DNA from: the human T2T-CHM13v2.0 reference genome, Homo sapiens
NCBI RefSeq assembly: GCF_009914755.1
Contig: NC_060926.1
Length of the DNA stretch: 64,000 nucleotides
Reading direction: 5' to 3' (one strand)
Notes under the pieces: generated by a model
Database searches by the model: none
Told to the model about the DNA's origin: nothing
What the model saw: only the letters and a program-made list of their open reading frames with translations
In this document: positions 1 through 28,274 of the stretch, one piece after another
Layout of the letters: each line of letters starts with the position of its first letter
How positions within the stretch are numbered: position 1 is the first letter of the stretch
Made by a program: the position numbers and the translations under genes

Positions 1-368
1 CAGCATCACTTTTTATTCCCATTTTCCCTGCTGTAGTTAATTCCTACTTAGCATTCAGTTCTCAGCTCAATTGTCACTTGCTAGGGCAAAGTCCCCCATT
101 ATGGTTACTCATAGTACCTTGTACTTCTTTGGGGGGAATTTATAACAGTTTTAGTTTTACATCTGTGTGATTAATGTCAAGCTCTATCATAGACTATAAA
201 CTCTAAAAAGGCAGAGATTTTACTTTAAAATGTCCTACGTTCTATAATATGTTATTTAATAAAAAATTTACACACATGTATAATTTTAAATACTTCTAGC
301 CTAAGAGATAAATCTAGGAATGGTAGCATTTACCCTCCAAGGCATTACTATTTTACAGCCCATAAAAC

Positions 369-685
<317 letters not shown>

Positions 686-861
686 CTATAAAACATCTAT
701 ATTTAAACAGAGACCTAATCATTCTAAGTCACTGTTTATCTGTAAAATATGGATAACCTGAAAGATAAGTTGTCCATAGTAAGTGAAAAACATATATAAA
801 GTTTTCAAAACAATGTATGGTATGTGGTAAGTGCTAAATAACTGGTGCCTATGAATAATAA

Positions 862-1255
<394 letters not shown>

Positions 1256-1448
1256 TGAGGGGATAAAAGAGATTCAAGAGCCTGTTACATCTTTTGTTAC
1301 AATTTTTAAGGTGATTATATCATTCTTAAGTTTCCCCCCATTATTTACTGTAGCCCAGATTTCCTTATTATTTTTTAAGACATATACAAGCCATTATAAG
1401 ATGTATTTAAAATGGACAGATACATAAAATTTATCTTAAAATGCATAT

Positions 1449-1454
1449 TTTATT
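1449..1454 (-). terminator. Poly(A) signal AATAAA (minus strand), probably TRMT61B
   Basis: Plus-strand TTTATT, ~355 nt downstream of the TRMT61B stop; first canonical hexamer I see in that 3'UTR. Confidence 0.6.
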
Positions 1455-1458
1455 TCAG

Positions 1459-1550
1459 TAGTCAATGACCATCAATCAAATAAAGGAAAGAAAACTAATT
1501 TCTTGAAGAAAGACAAATCTATGGAGTGGTTTACAGGAAGTGAAGAATGA
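1459..1550 (+). CDS. SPDYA: Speedy/RINGO cell cycle regulator A, last coding exon (..VNDHQSNKGKKTNFLKKDKSMEWFTGSEE*)
   Basis: Acceptor tattttatttcag| ends at 1458; 2 nt + 30 codons end in TGA at 1548-1550. The peptide matches the SPDYA C-terminus as I recall it, and SPDYA is the known neighbour of TRMT61B. Too short for the ORF track. Confidence 0.88.
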
Positions 1551-1807
1551 GATGGCCCAACTAAACCAATTTGGAATCATTAACTACAAAATGTCAAACT
1601 AACTGCAAGACAAGTGTCAAAATGGGATGTTTAAGCAGTTTTGCTATGTTATACATCTTTTAGTTGTTATTTTCAAAATTATATGTATAAGTTATATAAG
1701 TCATAGTAATAGCTAAAAATGCCAATCTATGGAAGCAGTGATTTTCAATATAAAGTTCTATTTTGATATTTTTCCATCTTCAAGTCAGTTACTGTCATCT
1801 GGAGTAC

Positions 1808-1851
1808 TCAGTTAAGTTGTGGTTTGACCTTCCTCAACTTGACAAGAAAAG
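1808..1851 (-). CDS. TRMT61B: tRNA (adenine(58)-N1)-methyltransferase, mitochondrial; exon 7 ((A)FLVKLRKVKPQLN*)
   Basis: Acceptor ttaaattag|, phase 1; TGA at 1810-1808. Confidence 0.95.
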
Positions 1852-1931
1852 CTAATTTAAGAGAAGAAAAACATAAAGTCATTATATTAATTAAAAGAAA
1901 AAACACCATTTAATATGTTCTGAAAACATTA

Positions 1932-2036
<105 letters not shown>

Positions 2037-2193
2037 CTATAAGCTACATAAAATATTTTCTATTTTTTTCACAAAACTGTTAAAATATGAGTTACTCTCT
2101 TTATTGTAAGTTTTTTCTTTATTTATTTCCTTGCATATGTTTTAGAGCTACTCTGCCAGTTATTATACAGAAACTATTTGTCAATGATTATGT

Positions 2194-2199
2194 AATAAA
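2194..2199 (+). terminator. Poly(A) signal AATAAA, probably SPDYA
   Basis: Canonical hexamer downstream of the SPDYA stop codon. Confidence 0.6.
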
Positions 2200-2680
2200 C
2201 ATATGATTTTATAACCAAATGGATAAGCCTATATCATAAATCAACTGATACTTGAAAACTTGTTCATGGCCTAAATAATGTGTATATATGACAAAGACCT
2301 AAACTCAGTTCTTTCAAGAATTCCAGCAGCATCTTAGAAGTTGCTTTTTGGAATATTAGCTATTTGCCTATCAGGTCCCATTAATAATCAGTGATCTAAA
2401 TATAAAACATCCTTAATACATTTAAATTATTTCACAAACCAAGCTCCTTGTGACAAGTAAAATATGAATATTATAAAAAGCTCAATTCTTCAAAGGTATC
2501 AGAGTTTTAAGTAAAAGGCAGGAAAAGTCATTATTCTGTGCCTTATACATCTTAACAGAATAAATATCACACTTTTCTATAGAAAATTGCTGAGGAATAT
2601 TTTTATAATCTATTGGTCAGTATACTCAGGAACTCATTCTCCATTCATTACTGCATGCATAAAGTAAAACTGAAGCTCAC

Positions 2681-2907
2681 CATGGTCATCCTCTTGAAAC
2701 AGCTCACCTTTAACTCCAATTTTCTCTTGAGAATCTAGTTGTACATCTGTGTTGATTTTAGATTCTACTTTTTGAGCTAAAATTCCATTTTTCTGTTTTG
2801 CAAGGCAAACCAACCAATCTCTGACAATGACCTCGCTTATCTTTTCACATGAAAGAGCAAGTTCACAGGTGCGAATTCCATCTAAAAGTTCAATAACCTG
2901 TGTGATG
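2681..2907 (-). CDS. TRMT61B: TRMT61B exon 5 ((N)[22 protein letters not shown]...LFQEDDH)
   Basis: ttttctgaaag| acceptor, |gtgagc donor; 227 nt, phase 2-1; frame open. Confidence 0.93.
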
Positions 2908-3208
2908 CTTTCAGAAAAGTGAAAAATTTACATTTCTACTAAAATAATAACATTATATTTATTTAAGTTCCCTATACCTCTTGCCCACATTTAAATACCA
3001 TAGTTAAATTAAGGCAGGAGAGGGTTTAAATATGCAAGTTAGGAGGCATAAAAAGTACCTTCACAAAATTCTAAGTAAACAAACACAGAGACCATAATTT
3101 AACATTACTGTTCACATTATACTTTTAAAACATTTCTTCCAGATTGTCAGAAGAAAATATGCATCTTATATTACTATTTATGTAAAAAATGATTTAAACA
3201 GTAATATA

Positions 3209-3974
<766 letters not shown>

Positions 3975-4014
3975 TTAAAAGTTACATTACAAAGAAAAAC
4001 AGTTATATTACTCA

Positions 4015-4221
<207 letters not shown>

Positions 4222-4285
4222 TTAGAAGGTAGTATTATTAACTATCATTTTACCACTCCCAAAAGGGTATGTTAATTATTATACA

Positions 4286-4578
4286 GTTGGGCAATGTGGC
4301 TTCTGCCTGTAATCCCAACACTTTGGGAGGCTGAGGCAAGAGGATCCATTTGAGGCCGAGTTTGAGAACAGCCCAGGCAACATAGCGAGACTCTGACTCT
4401 ATTGAAAAAAAAAAAAAGTAGCTGGATGCAGTGGCACAAGCCCGTAGTACCAGCTATTCAGGAAGCTGAGGTGGGAGGGTCACTGGAGCCTAGGAGTTCG
4501 AGGCTGTAGTGACCTATGACTGTGCCATCATACTCCACCCTGGGCAAGAGTGAGATCCTGTCTCAGGGAAGAAAAAAC
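4286..4578 (+). mobile_element. Old Alu (AluJ-like)
   Basis: Diverged Alu dimer. Confidence 0.85.
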
Positions 4579-4787
4579 AATTTGTCATAGTACTTGATGA
4601 TACTGAAAAATCATAATGATATGTCTTGTACTTTGCATATTAATATGGAAATATTGATTTGGCTATGTATGTATATATGAATATAACCAAAGAAAGATTC
4701 CTGTATGCCTGTATTATCAATATTGCCAAGTGTAAAACACGCCATTACAACATGAAAAATTTAAACATTTGAGACAATGTGAATTTC

Positions 4788-5083
4788 CTTTTTTTTTTTT
4801 TGAGACAGGGTCTCGCTCTGTTGACCAGGCTGGAGTACAGTGGCACAATGTCACCTCGCTGCAACTTCCACCTCCTGAACTCAAGCAACCCTCCCACCTC
4901 AGCCTCTCGAGTAGCTGAGACTACAGGCAGGCGCCACCATTCTCAGCTAACTTTTTGTATATTATGTAGATACAGGTTTTGCCATGTTGCCCAGGCTGGT
5001 CTTGAACTCCTGGATTCAAGCGATCTGCCCGCCTCGGCCTCCCAAAATGCTGGGATTACAGATGTGAACCGCTGCACCTGGCT
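4788..5083 (-). mobile_element. Alu (AluJ-like) with TSD GACAATGTGAATTTC
   Basis: Antisense Alu; TSD at ~4772-4786 and 5084-5098. Confidence 0.9.
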
Positions 5084-5162
5084 GACAATGTGAATTTCTA
5101 TTGCCAAAACTTATAAATTTAAATGCTTTATTTCAGCTTTGGCAACAGAAATTCACATTGTT

Positions 5163-5455
5163 GGCCAGAGGCAGTGGCTCACGCCTATAATCCCAGCACT
5201 TTGGGAGCCCAGGCGGGTGGATCACCTGAGGTCAGGAGTTTGAGAGTAGCCTGGCCAACATGGCAAAACCCTGTCTCTACTGAAAATACAAAAATTAGCC
5301 AGGTGTGGTGGTGCACACCTATAGTCCCAGCTACTGGGAAGGCTGAGGCAGGACAATTACTTGAACCCGGGAGGCAGAGGTTGCAGTAAGCCAAGATTAA
5401 ACCACTGCACTCAAGCCTGGGTGACAGAGTGAGATTCTGTCTCAAAAAAAAAAAA
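5163..5455 (+). mobile_element. Alu (AluS-like)
   Basis: Alu dimer with A tail. Confidence 0.9.
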
Positions 5456-5739
5456 TCATATCCCTTATTTCCTCTTTATTCTTGTTTCAATTGCAGTATA
5501 CATGGCTATAGTCACAGAAGATGCCAGTAAGTACAAAGATAAGTGAAAATTTTTCAAATAAAAAATTAATTAAAAACAAAAAATAAATCTGGTCAAAATA
5601 GAAAATAAAGTAACATTTACTGTTGTATTAACTCCAGAAAGCTTAGAGATATGCTGGCATATCTATTTACTAAATGATAAAATATTAGATTGTTTGTGTC
5701 TTTTAAAAACAGTACTAATCAGTCAAGGGACATCTTATT

Positions 5740-7275
<1,536 letters not shown>

Positions 7276-7278
7276 TCA

Positions 7279-7619
<341 letters not shown>

Positions 7620-8080
7620 TCAACATGATGACATAAATGGGTTCTCAGACTGTAGTTTTACTATATTATTGACAAGGACCAAAGTCAGATAACCCAGAAA
7701 ACTGCAAATCTTGAATGCTCAATTCTCAGGTAACAGCATTTATCCAGTTACTCAAACCAGAAACTTAAGAGTCATCATTTTCTTTTTTCAAAGCCTAATC
7801 AAGAAGCCATCATTTTCTTTACCTTGAATTCTCTTTTGAGACTCTGGGGTTTTGGTGCTTCTGTTTGAATTAAAGTCTCACAAATCTACCTCCAGTGTTT
7901 CTGAAATTAATCCCACAGACATTGACTTAGGTCAACACCTCACCATATCTTGTTGAAATATTATAATACCTTTCTGCATAGACTCCCAGCCTCCATTCTT
8001 TCTCCAGAACTATTCTAAAACAGAAATCTAGACAGTCTACTCTCCTACTTACAAGATAATGTCCATACTATCCAGCTTGA

Positions 8081-8899
<819 letters not shown>

Positions 8900-9124
8900 T
8901 AATTTTTGTCTTAGCACAGCACACGACACATGGCAGGTTCTTAATAAATGCCTGTTGACTCCAGAAACAAAGTGGTTCAGAAATTCAGAGGAAGGTAATA
9001 ATCCTCTGGCTAGATGATGAAAGGATATTTCACACAGGAGATGACCTTTAAGCTTTAAAGGGAGAATAGAGTTTAAACAGGCAGAGAAAAGAGGAAAGGA
9101 AGAAAATCAAAATGATGAAAAACA

Positions 9125-9315
9125 TAACTAACATTTATTCAGTGCTTACTATGTACCAGGTACTTTACATGAATTCTCTTATTTAATCCTCAACAACTCT
9201 ATGAAATAGGTACTATTATCATTCCTGTTTAATACATGAGGTAACCGAGGCATGGAAAGATTAAGTGACTTACCCAAGGTTACACTGGCGATTATGGAGC
9301 CCGGCAGTGGACCAA
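9125..9315 (-). mobile_element. MIR SINE
   Basis: MIR core: taacatttatt..gtgcttactatgt.ccagg...atgagg.aaccgaggc...aagtgactt.cccaaggt. Confidence 0.75.
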
Positions 9316-9632
9316 TCTGAATGGACCCCAAACTTATTTCCCTCTATTCCTTTCCCTTCCTTTTCTCTCCTCAGAAAGAGTCATTGTCCTGAAGTTGGTA
9401 ACATTCCCAAATTTTATACTTCTACAACATATGTATATAGCTACAAACAATACATGTTGTGTAGTTTTAAATTTTACATGTAGGCGGTCATTTCACATAT
9501 TCTCTTATAATGCTTTTTCCACCAAACACCAAGTCTTTCAGATTTATTGATGTAGCTAGAGTACATTTATTGTTAGTATTCCATTGTGTCTATTCTCTTT
9601 TGATGGTTAAGCTGTTTCCAAAATTTGTTTAA

Positions 9633-11246
<1,614 letters not shown>

Positions 11247-11582
11247 GAGAGATTCAGCTGAATAAATCTAAAAAAGAGTGTTCTTTTTAGATCAGGAATG
11301 GTTCAGCAGGTTTCTACAAAGCTTCAATGATATCATTAAAATCCTTTGTTGTGTTTCATGCTCATCAAGCAAAATTCTGATGACCAATTTAATCTCGCAG
11401 GTATTTTTGACATTCCTATGGATGACCTAAACAGAGCTCTTTCCCCCTTATTGAGCTGTAACATGCAAGCCATAAATGAGAAAAAAGAACTGAGGTCTTT
11501 CTGTACAGGAAGCTGTGCCACTAAAACTATAGGTTTTAGTTATATCAGAGCTGGAAGCCAGTGCTGATAAAAATCATTTTCA

Positions 11583-12062
<480 letters not shown>

Positions 12063-12601
12063 TCAGCCAGCAAATACTTCCATGTCCCAGATCTCCACCA
12101 TGTTTGATCGCAGCTTAATGTATCCTCTCTTGTCATCTATCTTTTTACTTTCATCTTCTCTGCTTCTTTTCCCTAAGTCAACTTCCCAGTGTTTCTCTTC
12201 CTCACAATGTCTCTGCTCCACTTTCTGGAGCTTTGTTCATGATAAACACCTCTGTCCTCGACATCTTCAATGAACACACTCCCCTTGATATCCTGACTTC
12301 AACTAACTAAAGATGCCTTCTGCCTATTCCCTGTCAAATGGAAGCTACTTATTCCCCCAAATCTCACAGTTCAGGTTAGGTGCCGGGTTCAATATGCTTC
12401 CAATGCTGCTTCCAAAGTATGATTCATCCTAGAAATGCTGAGGTTCATGATGCTCAACTAGTCTTTGGTCCTAGCTTTCAGTCATTACCCCACATTCAAT
12501 GACAACTTCAGCACCCAACTCGGTAACTCAGTATGTCTCTCTGTCCCAAATCCCACCATGAGATTAAAAGGCATGAAAAGAAAATATTCTTTCAATCCCT
12601 A

Positions 12602-12904
<303 letters not shown>

Positions 12905-13516
12905 TTAAGTAAAAAATAATTTGATATTTCATAATATTAATCAGTTTATTAAAAAGTGTCAAAAATGTATTTTGCAAAGGTACTACATGTATGTGAAAAA
13001 AATAATTCAAATAGTTCAATGTTACAAGTCTGATCTCCTATCCCTGATCTCCAATTAATCTCCCTCCCTCTTCAGAGGCAACCACATTACCAGCTATTTA
13101 CCTTTCCCATGATAGTCACTGCCTATACAAGCATGCCAAGTATCTCTCTGTGTTTTTAATACACACTGTGGTGTATTATACACACTGTCCTGTACCTTCC
13201 TTCTTACTTACCAATGTCATTTCAGTGCTTCTAGATGTACTGCATTCTTTTTTAACAGGCATTATATTCACTGTATGGCTACGATGAACATTTAGCTTGT
13301 TTCTAGTCATATGCTAATATAAACAATACTGCAATGAAAATTCTTATACCTAAGTCTTTGTATCAAGCCAGTATATCTCTACAGGATAAAGTCCTAAAAA
13401 TGGAATTGCTGGCTCAAGGGGTATGTGAATTTATTCACATAATATTACATTGTCCTCCACGTAAGTGGTGTCAACTTATATGCCAACCAGCAATGTATTA
13501 GAATACCTGTATCTCA

Positions 13517-13821
13517 GGCCGGTCGCAGTGGCTCCCGCCTGTAATCCCAGCACTTTGGGAGGCCGAGGCGGGCAGATCATGAGGTCAGGTGATTGAGACC
13601 ATCCTGGCTAACACGGTGAAACCCTGTCTCTACTAAAAAAAATACAAAAAATTAGCCAGGTGTTGTGGCACATGCCTGTAGTCCCAGCTACTCGGGAGAC
13701 TGAGGCAGGAGAAAGGCGTGAACCTGGGAGGCAGAGATTGCAGTGAGCCAAGATGCGCCACTGCACTCCAGCCTGGGTGACAGTGCAAGACTCCGTCTCA
13801 AAAAAAAAAAAAAAAAAAAAA
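13517..13821 (+). mobile_element. AluY inside an old antisense L1 fragment; TSD AGAATACCTGTATCTC
   Basis: TSD at 13500-13515 and 13821-13836. Confidence 0.9.
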
Positions 13822-13913
13822 GAATACCTGTATCTCCATACTCTCCCTAAGTTATTGAACTTTTTATCTGTATCAATCTAAAAAGTGAATAAAGTTTATC
13901 ATTTTTAATGTAG

Positions 13914-15040
<1,127 letters not shown>

Positions 15041-15621
15041 GTAACATAAACAACTGGAAAAGAAAATATGGAGAAAAATATCCATCACATAGGTAAATAG
15101 CAATAAGTTCTTGCACATTTATAGTTTAGGATTATTCAAGCCATGACACTCTTCTGATACTATATATTTTAGAAATATAGGCACTTATCTGTTCTCACCA
15201 ATTTTTATAAATCCACTTTGTCAAATGAAACCGTGCAGTTAGGAATTTGTCATAGATGATGAGAAAATGACTGCCTTTAACTATGTACAGAAAAGTCAAA
15301 CAAAAGATTGATTGAGGAGCCCAGAATGAATTTACTGGCTTAGTATAATCTAGATAATATTCATATGTGAAGACATTAGGTCAAAGAACAAAAGGTGTGA
15401 GTTTAATTTCAGCATATTTCTATCTGTAATCTTTATAAAATCTACTCAAAGAAAGTACTGTGACTATTCAGCAGTCTAGTATTATGTAGGGAAGAGAACA
15501 CTGCACAGACAGACCACCCAAAGCAACCCTGACACTCAGAGAAATTAGGTAGGCAAAGAGGTACTAATCAACTAGCATAAAAGTAACTAGAAATTAAGTG
15601 GTAGGAACATGAAAAAATATA

Positions 15622-15893
15622 TATGTTTAATATACACCTCTTGATTTTTGATCAGACACCCACCTTCAAGCAGTACTTTTACCAACTGACAATTTTTAGA
15701 GACTTTCTGGAAAAAAAAAAGATAATTCTTCATGATCTAGCTTTTTACTTAATAGCTCTGTACTATGATTAATTTCTTTATGAACACCTACTATAATTCT
15801 TTGGCCCTAACGATATATAACTCTCCCCCCAACAGCTGACAACGTCCTTCCATATTCCCTCAGGCTAAGTATTCACCTGGCACTAGTATTCAA
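15622..15893 (+). repeat. Diverged direct repeat, copy 2 (partner 10982-11246)
   Basis: Same colinear blocks as copy 1. Confidence 0.9.
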
Positions 15894-15894
15894 C

Positions 15895-16365
15895 AATAAC
15901 ATGACAAGTACACAAGGAGGTTCCAAGCAGCACTATTTGTAATATCCAACTCAAATGTCTATCAACAGTAAAATAGGTAAATTGTGATTTAAATAGAGAG
16001 TACTATACAGCAACTAAAATGAAAGAACTACTGCTGCATGCAATGAGTGAATCTCACAAACATAATAATGAATGAGAGTAGCCAGATACAAAGGAGCACA
16101 TACTGTATGATTCCATTTTATATAAGTTCGAAGGAGGCAAAACTAATCAGTGATGATAAAAGTCACAATAGTGGTTTCCTTTGGTGATGATAAGGACTGG
16201 GAGGGGACATGAGGAGGCATCTGTGGGGCAGGGACACTCCCTACCTTGATCTCGGTAATAAGTACATGAGTGGTCACTATACAAAGATTCATTGAGATAT
16301 ACACTTATGATCTGCACACTTTTCTGTAGCCATATTATATTCCAATAAAAAGTATACTTAAGAAA
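15895..16365 (+). mobile_element. Old L1 (L1M/L1ME-type) 3' end
   Basis: aaatgtc.atcaaca, atactgtatgattccattta, ending in AATAAA and an A-rich tail. Confidence 0.75.
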
Positions 16366-16597
16366 AAAGAAGCAGCATTAGAGAGCATGGAGAAAGTAAA
16401 ACAAAGCAAAGAAAATTGAGGGAGGATTAGAAAGAGACTGACTGGAATAAATGTACAGAATGGAAAGAAAAATAGTTGCTTACTTTCAGATTCTAGGAGA
16501 ATGCTACCTCAATGTTAGGTATTTTCCAAAATATCTTTATACCTTTCTGTTATTATGAACAAATTGAATGTTTTCTTTGTTACTGAGATCCAGCTCA

Positions 16598-16714
<117 letters not shown>

Positions 16715-17242
16715 CTATGATTGAAAACAGTATGGGTGACTCAGCGACCAATAAATATGTACTAAGCACCTAGTCTTATCTTACATTGTTGGGTGTGCAG
16801 AAGAAGGGAGTGAAAAAACGAATCAGACTCTGGACCTGCCTTCAGTTTATATTTCACTTGATGAAATAAAAGAGATCCAAGAATCAATTAACAAATAAGG
16901 CAACACTTCAGAATAATACCAAAATTACAGACAATAAGTTCATAGAGTAGCAGGATGGCCTAGTTTAAAGACAAAGAGTAGACAGTTTATGGGAACAATC
17001 ACAAGGTAAAAACAGCTTTAAACAAAGCAGAGGTAGAATAAATCCAGTTTGTTATCTCAGGAGAGAGAGGCAGAGAATTAAATGCCAGTATGAGGCATTA
17101 GAACTCAGCCTGATAAGCAACTAGGGTGTGTCACTGAGGTGATATAAATGGCATTTTATGAGGATTAATCTGGCAGAAGAATACAGGATCTACTGGAGAA
17201 AAATCAAGAGGCAGGAAGACCAGTTAGGAATTTACTATATAA

Positions 17243-17883
<641 letters not shown>

Positions 17884-17923
17884 AAATGATGAACTTCTAA
17901 TTTAGAATTAAGATACTATATAA

Positions 17924-18262
17924 CAGCGGTCCCCAACCTTTTGGGCACTAGGGACCCGTTTCGTGGAAGACAGTTTTTCCACAGACTGGGGAGAGGGGGA
18001 TGGTTTTGGGATGAAATTGTTCCACCTCAGATCATCAGGCATTAGTTAGTTTCTTATAAGGAGCATGCAACCTAGATCTGGTGCATGCACAGTTCACAAG
18101 AGTTTGCACTCCTATGAGAATCTAATGCCATGGCTGATCTGACAAGAGATGGAGCTCAGGCAGTAATGCTCACTACCCACCGCTAACCTGCTGTGTGGCC
18201 CGGTTCCCTGTTACAGGCCACACACTGGTACCAGTCCTCAGCCTGGGGGTAGGGGAGCCCTG
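17924..18262 (+). mobile_element. MER1B-like hAT-Charlie non-autonomous DNA transposon
   Basis: CAGCGGTCCCCAACC...GGGGAGCCCTG termini; perfect 8-bp TSD CTATATAA at 17916-17923 and 18263-18270. Confidence 0.85.
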
Positions 18263-18404
18263 CTATATAAGAAAAAAAAGAGACTATGCTATTACTAGAT
18301 TGGAGGACCCACTTGCCAAACATATAATTGGAATTGTTTTTGTTAACACAAATATTACGGATGATATTAATAAAAACTGTTTTTTTAAATTTAGTAAACA
18401 AATT

Positions 18405-20635
<2,231 letters not shown>

Positions 20636-21156
20636 TTAATAAAGAATAGTCATTTTATGTTTGGTGTTGAATGTTAGCTATTGTAATATAAAACTCTATT
20701 TCTTCCCTAAAAGGGGAAAAGCACCGTAATGTACCTATTGTTAATATACTCTTGTAACATGATTATTGAATATTAAAATATCATCATAGTAGTACTAAAA
20801 AATTGTTCCCTAAGAGTTCAACATTCTCTTGAGTCCTGAAGTTATAAACTTAAGAGTAATGGGGAACAAAATTAGTACTTATTATGTACGTAGTGAGTTC
20901 ACATCACCCTAACAGAAAGTTGAGCTATTATCCACATTTTACAAATAAGGGACTCGAGACTCCTAAGTTAAAATTAAAATCTAGCCGTTCCCTAATGCTA
21001 ATTTTCATCATGATATGTAAAAGTTATAACCATTGGTTTATTTTAAAAGCCTGAGTACAATAAAAAATCCAAACGTTCTGAGATGTCTTTGAATACATTA
21101 ATCAGGACTGAGTACTGCATCTGTCTTTGCCCCTCCTGAAACCAATACACACCTTA

Positions 21157-22460
<1,304 letters not shown>

Positions 22461-22595
22461 TTCGAGTACTCACTATGTGCTTATGTAACACATGTTTTCA
22501 TTATTAAAATATAACTAGTTTACCCTCCCAAAACGAAATAGAAGTGTCTTAAAATGGAAACAGGTATCTTTGGAGGCCAGAGTTATTTAGCGTTA

Positions 22596-26512
<3,917 letters not shown>

Positions 26513-26906
26513 GAGTCCTGTCTTTAGATCTATCATGGCACATGTCATACTATATGGAAATTGCTATTTATCATTTCCCAGGATAGAGGATATAATTGTT
26601 GGGGAGAAGACTATGTCTTGTTCATCATTATAATTCCAGTGCCTGGCACAAAACATCTCTCAATAAACATTTGTTGAATAAATGAATGAAGAAAGTAGAA
26701 AATGAGAAAATTAACAGCACTGATACCTAGACTACTATACTAAATAACTCAATGTATAAACATGGTGCAATTATATTTAATAGTTATCATGTATTTTGTT
26801 CTGTGTCTGTACATTCATTTAGTTTTTATTAGAACTGTTGAAGTTCACAGATTTTTTTCTTACTGTATTTTAGCAAAATAGAAAATATCTATGTCTAAGA
26901 CTATAC

Positions 26907-27009
26907 CTGCTTTTCTCCTGCTTTTTCACTTTATCCCCAGTTGCTGCTAAACTTGAATCTGGATTCTGTAGAACTTCTCCTCTAGGATTTACTGCTGTGT
27001 TACTAGAAA
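26907..27009 (-). other. Orphan exon-like segment (VSSNTAVNPRGEVLQNPDSSLAATGDKVKKQEKSR), source unidentified
   Basis: ttctctgaatttggatttgcag| acceptor, CAG|gtatag donor; stop-free inside ORF 26870..27067(-); not recognisably repeat-derived. Confidence 0.35.
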
Positions 27010-27558
27010 CTGCAAATCCAAATTCAGAGAAGTTTAAAACCTTCTCAAACATGTGTACAGGCATCAAAGAAAAATTGATGATATTGAGAATTGGAGGGTC
27101 TTCTCACTTATCACCACCCACCACCACCACTCACTAAACCCCTTTTCTGTTTCTAAATTAGAGGATATTATACAGGATGAACCCAAGCCAGTTTGTTAGC
27201 ACATTGTAAGCCATCATTTTAGAGTTTCAAGAATTGATCAGTCCTTCCTCCTCCTGGAGAAGATCTTAGATCCTCTTTCCTTCTCATCAGGGTCCTTCTT
27301 TTGGAGAATGGACTGACTCCTCACCTCCATCGGCCCCAGCCCTACCTAGTCAGCGTCCTGCTCCTGTCTGGGCTTCAGAGAACCTCCACACTGAGTTTCT
27401 CCTTTCCACCCTCCATCTCTTTCTCAGGTGCACCAACTCACCCTCAATAAGTCCGCTGGATTTTAAAGTTAGCTGTGAGACGTTTAAGCTTTGTGTTTAT
27501 GTTCGCTGTCTTTGTTCACCAAGCTTATAATGAATGCACGTAAAATAATCAACTCCAC

Positions 27559-27873
<315 letters not shown>

Positions 27874-28274
27874 TTAAGTCTTAAAACCTTGGCAGATTCA
27901 TTCTTCATTCATTCACTCACTTTGCATAATTGACTCCTAATCATGCATATCTTACAACCAGAGGACTTATCTGGACACCCAGGAAAATTCTGTTCTAATC
28001 CTTCTTCTGTGCATTGCTGTTTTTTGTTTTGTTTAGTTTTGCAAAATTGTAGTCATGCCCTTTTTCTGTTCTTCTCATTCTTTACTCTTTTCTTGTTCCC
28101 ATTCTTTGTATTATAGATTATGAATGAGCATAAACAACAGTAAATGCTTTGGCTCACACCTTAGCAAGACCATGTACAAGTGTCACCATGGTGAGCTCTC
28201 CTACTACAAGAAGTCTTGCCTAATTAAGTGGCTCTTGTTTGTGCTCTGTAAAGTTAAGCAGTTTGGTAAGATTG

